This document shows, in pieces, positions 59,692-64,000 of a stretch of DNA of 64,000 nt. The stretch comes from Squalus acanthias (taxonomy: Eukaryota). The stretch spans positions 146,322,001-146,386,000 of the forward strand of contig CM059432.1 of NCBI GenBank assembly GCA_030390025.1. Reading direction: 5' to 3'. The number at the start of each line of letters is the position of its first letter. Within the stretch, counting starts at the first letter, position 1. A model generated the notes under the pieces. The model did no database searches. It saw only the letters and a list, made by a program, of their open reading frames with translations, and was not told where the DNA came from. Position numbers and translations under genes: made by a program.

Positions 59692-60532
59692 GGGCTGGAT
59701 TTTGCCAATGGGGAGCTTTTGGAGGCGGGACTCCCACTTGTCGGGTTTCAGTCCCGCCTCCATCAACTTGTGGCCAACCCACACTATCTTCCCTTGATTG
59801 ACCTTGTTAAGCCCGCCCAGCGGGTTTAGCAGGCCAATTAAGGGAAAGACGGTTGCAGAGAACGTCAGCGTATGACGTTTCATCTGTCAAAAACTTTTGA
59901 CAGATGAATTATCATTGTTTGACAGCTCTGTGAAGCTGTCAAACACTGACATTCTCTGTAGTTTGATGAGGTCTTGAATTCAAGACCTCATCGAACCTCT
60001 TTTGCAGAAATTAGATGGTTGCTGCATTGGAGAATGCAACGGCCATCTGTCATCGCCAACGCGGAGGTGCGAGGCTCTCCGAATACCCACCGACTGAAGC
60101 CTGCAGGAAGAAACAAAGGTAAGTAAACTTTTTCTAACACTTTCCACTTACCTCAGATACTCACCTCTCCACACTTGCACCCATCACTTACCTTCACAGC
60201 GCACTTTTGGACCCTCCGACCCCCGCAGACCCACTACTCGCCTCGGTGACCCTGGCGGGGTTCGCAGCCTTCGGGAAGCCCGCACTTGTGTGGGTAAAAT
60301 GGGGATTATCCTCTTATCTGCCTGTTAACTACCTGTTAACAGGCAGTTAATAGGCTTTAATCCTTTCCTGCCTCCAAGGAGACGGGACCCGGCGCGGGAC
60401 GGCTACCCGCCTCCTGGCAAGATGGCATGGAGGCGGGTTGGGGGCGGGTTGGGCACCCGCCACCAAATTCTGTCATTTTCCCAGCAGTCCTGCCTCCATA
60501 CCCACCTCCCCAGGGCTGGCAAGATCGCCCCC
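59692..60532. mobile_element. Non-autonomous Harbinger-type element with internal hairpin cluster
   Basis: TIRs GGGCTGGATTTTGCC / GGCAAGATCGCCCCC, flanks ATT/ACT; left arm shares GTTAAGCCCGCCCAGCG...CCAATTA with family B. Confidence 0.62.
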
Positions 60533-61609
60533 ACTATTTCAGTAGCTGGTATGTTTAGTTCCAAATGCATAATCCCTAGACCTTGACCGGCTCTGTGAAT
60601 TTAACCCCTTGAAAGCTAAATTTGGCTTAATAGTAAATATACCAAGACATTGCCTGTCCCTTCAGTTGCAGCTTGACCTTTGTGGAACCAGAAACAATGC
60701 TGATTTTCATCGACAAACATGAAGAAGTGAACCTCAGACTGCAGACAGTTGCCGTATATGTAATTGAGAGCTGGTTTACTGAGCCAGGCAAAGCTACAGA
60801 GTGGAATTAACACACTTCAAATGACAAGCTGTCTGAAGTAAACTGTTAATTGAGGCCCATCGCAATAGTCCGCTCAATATCTTGTTCTTCTGACAAAAGC
60901 GAAATACTGCAGATGCTCTAAATCTGAAATGAAAAAAGCTGGAAACACTCAGCAGGTCAGGCAGCATCTGTGGAGAGAGGAACAGAGTCAACGTTTCAGG
61001 TCGATGACAGGAATTTTTCTTCCTGTCCAGGAAGCTCCCATCTTTGATCGCCAATCAGTGCTGTCAACCCGATCTCCGCTGGGGCAACAGTTAAGAGGAC
61101 TCTAATAGGTCTAAGTATCTCTGGCACAAGTACGGTGGACTGCAAGCTCCCATCCGCCGTAGTCCCAGGCCGCGCACACTGTTCCCAAATCCGAGGGATG
61201 GGGTTATTTGCATGGCTTGGGGAGGGGTTGCCCAAATCCTGATGTGCCCCAACTGGGTTGAAGAAACCCTTCGCAGTCTTTGGCTCCAAAAAGAGCAGCA
61301 TTGCCTCCAGCCTTTGGCTGCTTTGTAATGTTTGTGGCATTTCCTGTTCGCTCTCAGCTGGCATGAATTTCACTCAGGGCAGAAACAGCAAAATTCCTCG
61401 GGTAATGTGGGAAGCACGCTGACAGTTGGGTGTGTGTTTGGAGGGGTGGGGGGGGGGGGGCGGGTGCAGCCAGAAGATCCACCTAAAACCCCTGCCCTCC
61501 TCACCAGATTTTAAAAGGCCAGGGCAAGCAAGGTGGAATCTTGGTGTAACCAGGACTGCCCCAAAACTCTTGTTTCCGCACCCCCTGCCCCCTGCCAATC
61601 AAAGGTCAG

Positions 61610-62372
61610 GCTTTCCACCACTCTCTGAGTAAAGAGGTTTCTCCTGAATTCCCTATTGGATTTATTCAGGACTATCTTCTATTTATGACCTCTAGTTTTA
61701 GATTCCACCACAAGTCGAAACATTTTCTCTACGTCTACCCTATCAAACTCTTTCATTACCTTAAAGACCTCTATCAGGTCACCCCTCAGCCTTCTCTTTT
61801 CTAGAGAAAAGAGACCCAGCCTGTTCAGCCTTTCCTGATAAGAGTATCCTCCCGGTTCTGGTATCATTCTAGTAAATCTTTTTTGCACCTTCTCCAGTGC
61901 TTCTATGTCCTTTTTACAATATGGAGACCAGAACTGTGCACAGTACTGTAAGTGTGGTCTAACCACAGTTTGATACAAGTTTAACATCATTTCTCTGCTT
62001 TTCAATTCTGTCCCTCTAGAAATGAATCCCAGTGTTTGGTTTGCTATTTTTATGGCCCTATTAACCTGCGCCGTTACTTTTAGTGATTTGTGAATGTGTA
62101 CCCCTAGATCCCTTTGCTCCACTACTCCATTTAGACTCTTACTAACCAAGCAATATGTGGCCTCTTTATTCTTCCTACCAAAATGCACCACCTCACCTCG
62201 CCAATTACATGCCCATTCTGGAAGTTTATTAATATCCTCTTGTATTTTGTCAAAATCTTTCTTTGTGTTAATCACACCCCCCAATTTGATGTCATCCACA
62301 AAGTTTGAAAATGTATTTTCAAATCCGAAGTGCAAATCGTTAATGTAAATTGTGAACAACAGTGGTCCTAGC
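61610..62372 (-). mobile_element. CR1 ORF2 RT C-terminal fragment
   Basis: VLGPLLFTIYINDL, FVDDIKLGG, QRDLGV, VRPHLQYC and RRLRGDLI motifs. Confidence 0.9.
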
Positions 62373-62578
62373 ACCTGTTCGGCATTGTCTACAGACCTCA
62401 TGAATGTAGTGATGTAGTGGCGGATGTATAAATACAAAGGTCAGGGAAGCATGTAGTGGAAACAATGCGGTTATGATAGGAGATTTTAATTTTCACATAG
62501 ACTGAGAGAAACAGAACAGCTCAAGCAGTAAAGGCAATGAGTTTCCAGAATGTATTTGGGACACTTTCCAACAACAAT

Positions 62579-64000
62579 GGACTAAAAATTTGGTTGCGTA
62601 GCGCCGGTTGTTTTGGCGCTACGGGTGCTGAATTAGCTCAAATGACATCCAAGCAGCGCATGCAAGCTTCTGGTGTGGGTCGCGCTGGACGCCATTTTGG
62701 TGAGGGCATTAGCATCGGTGCTGGGAGCGTGCTCCGTGAGTAGGCAGATTGTAACGTCAGTCAGCGTGTAACACTGATTTGACGCCAGCGCTGCCATTTT
62801 CAACCTCCACGCTGGAGCTAACGCTGGAGCCCTCTCTTAACCTCGCAGAGCTGAACATGCATTCAGCAGCAGGAAGGACTCCACACCAGCGCTGTTTAAA
62901 GGGATCATCACCTACTTACAGGTTGATTGATTTCTACTAGCTGTTGCTGAGTTTGTGGAAGCGTTTGGTGTTTTCTAGACTTTGTTAAAGTTGTCTGAAG
63001 TCTACAAGGAGTGGTGTGGCACCTGCTCAAGGACTTGGTACTGATTTGCAAGGCTTCTGCTCAGACCAGTTGCTGCCAGACATGGCCTGCAGCATGATGG
63101 GGGAGAATGAGCAGAGGCGACACAGAGCAGGACAAGCTGCAAGAAGAGGCAGGAGGGAGAGAAGGGCCCTCAGCAGGAGGCCAGACCCACCCAAAGTCTT
63201 CAGGAAGCAATTCTCCCACCGCCACCTCAGCGAGGAACAGTGTGTGCGATGTCTCGGTTTTACGAAGGAGGTGCTCACTGAAATCTGCCACCTGTTGCAG
63301 GCAGACCTGCCGCCTCAGTCCTGGATGAGGAAGGCATTGCCAGTGGCTGTTAACGCGACGGTGGCCTTGAACTTCATTGCTTCCAGGCTGGAGCAGGCGA
63401 TATTTGTAGCATCTCCCAGTTCACCATCCACTCATGTATAAGAGAGGTGAGTGAGGCTCTGTATGCAAGGAGAGTTGAATACATTTCATTCTCTCTTGCC
63501 AGAGAGAAGCAGGTGGAGCAAGCACACGGCTTTGCCAGGATAGCAGGCTTCCTCATGGAGCACGCTGCCATTGACTACACACACGTCACTTTGTGGGTTC
63601 CGCATGTGAATTCGGACATGTACCGCAACCGAAAGGGATTCTACACCCTCAGTGTTCAGCTGGTGTGCGACCATAATCGGCGCACCATGCAAGTCAATGC
63701 TCGGTATCCTGGCAGCAGCCATAATGCCTTCATTCTGCAGCAGTACCATCAGTATTTCAGCCATTACGACAAACTAGAGGGTGGCTACTGGGCGACAAGG
63801 GCTATCCGCTGACCACCTGGCTCGTGGCTTTGCAACACAACCCACGCTCACGTGGGCAGCATGCATGCAATGAAAACCATGTGGAATTTGAAAGAGCAGA
63901 CCATTGGCGTTCTTAGACGACGCTTCCGCTGCCTGGGCCGCTCTGGAGGAGCCCTGCAGTACTCACCAGAACGCACATCTCAAGATTCGTTGTGGTCTGC
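62579..64000 (+). pseudogene. Decayed Harbinger (family C relative): left terminus and frameshifted transposase running off the window
   Basis: GGACTAAAAATT terminus; LSEEQCVRCLGF, AIDYTHV, RNRKGF, YPGSSHN and GDKGYP in broken frames. Confidence 0.85.

Overview
Repeat-dense vertebrate DNA, probably from a cartilaginous fish (inferred from CR1/HER1-type LINEs with (TTTCTATG)n tails, an HE1-like V-SINE and a Deu-domain SINE). The only host coding sequence I recognise is an 85-nt first coding exon (14074-14158, +) of a PDE1C-like phosphodiesterase, too short to appear in the ORF track; the sequence downstream is probably intron. The main system is an apparently intact 4.2-kb PIF/Harbinger transposon (34469-38670, TCA target-site duplication, TSD). 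It encodes a DDE transposase and a convergent three-exon Myb/SANT-like partner. Four MITE copies from two subfamilies share its termini, and several other Harbinger-type lineages are present. The window also holds a 5'-truncated CR1 LINE interrupted by its partner SINE, multi-level TE nests, a solo LTR, a hAT-like element and a hammerhead-like Penelope-type insert. One Harbinger-type element carries a cluster of hairpins. There are two (CT)n-containing satellites; one is a 17.6-kb array of a 38-bp unit with higher-order repeats. Most long ORFs in the track are satellite artefacts. Family names come from recall, not database searches.
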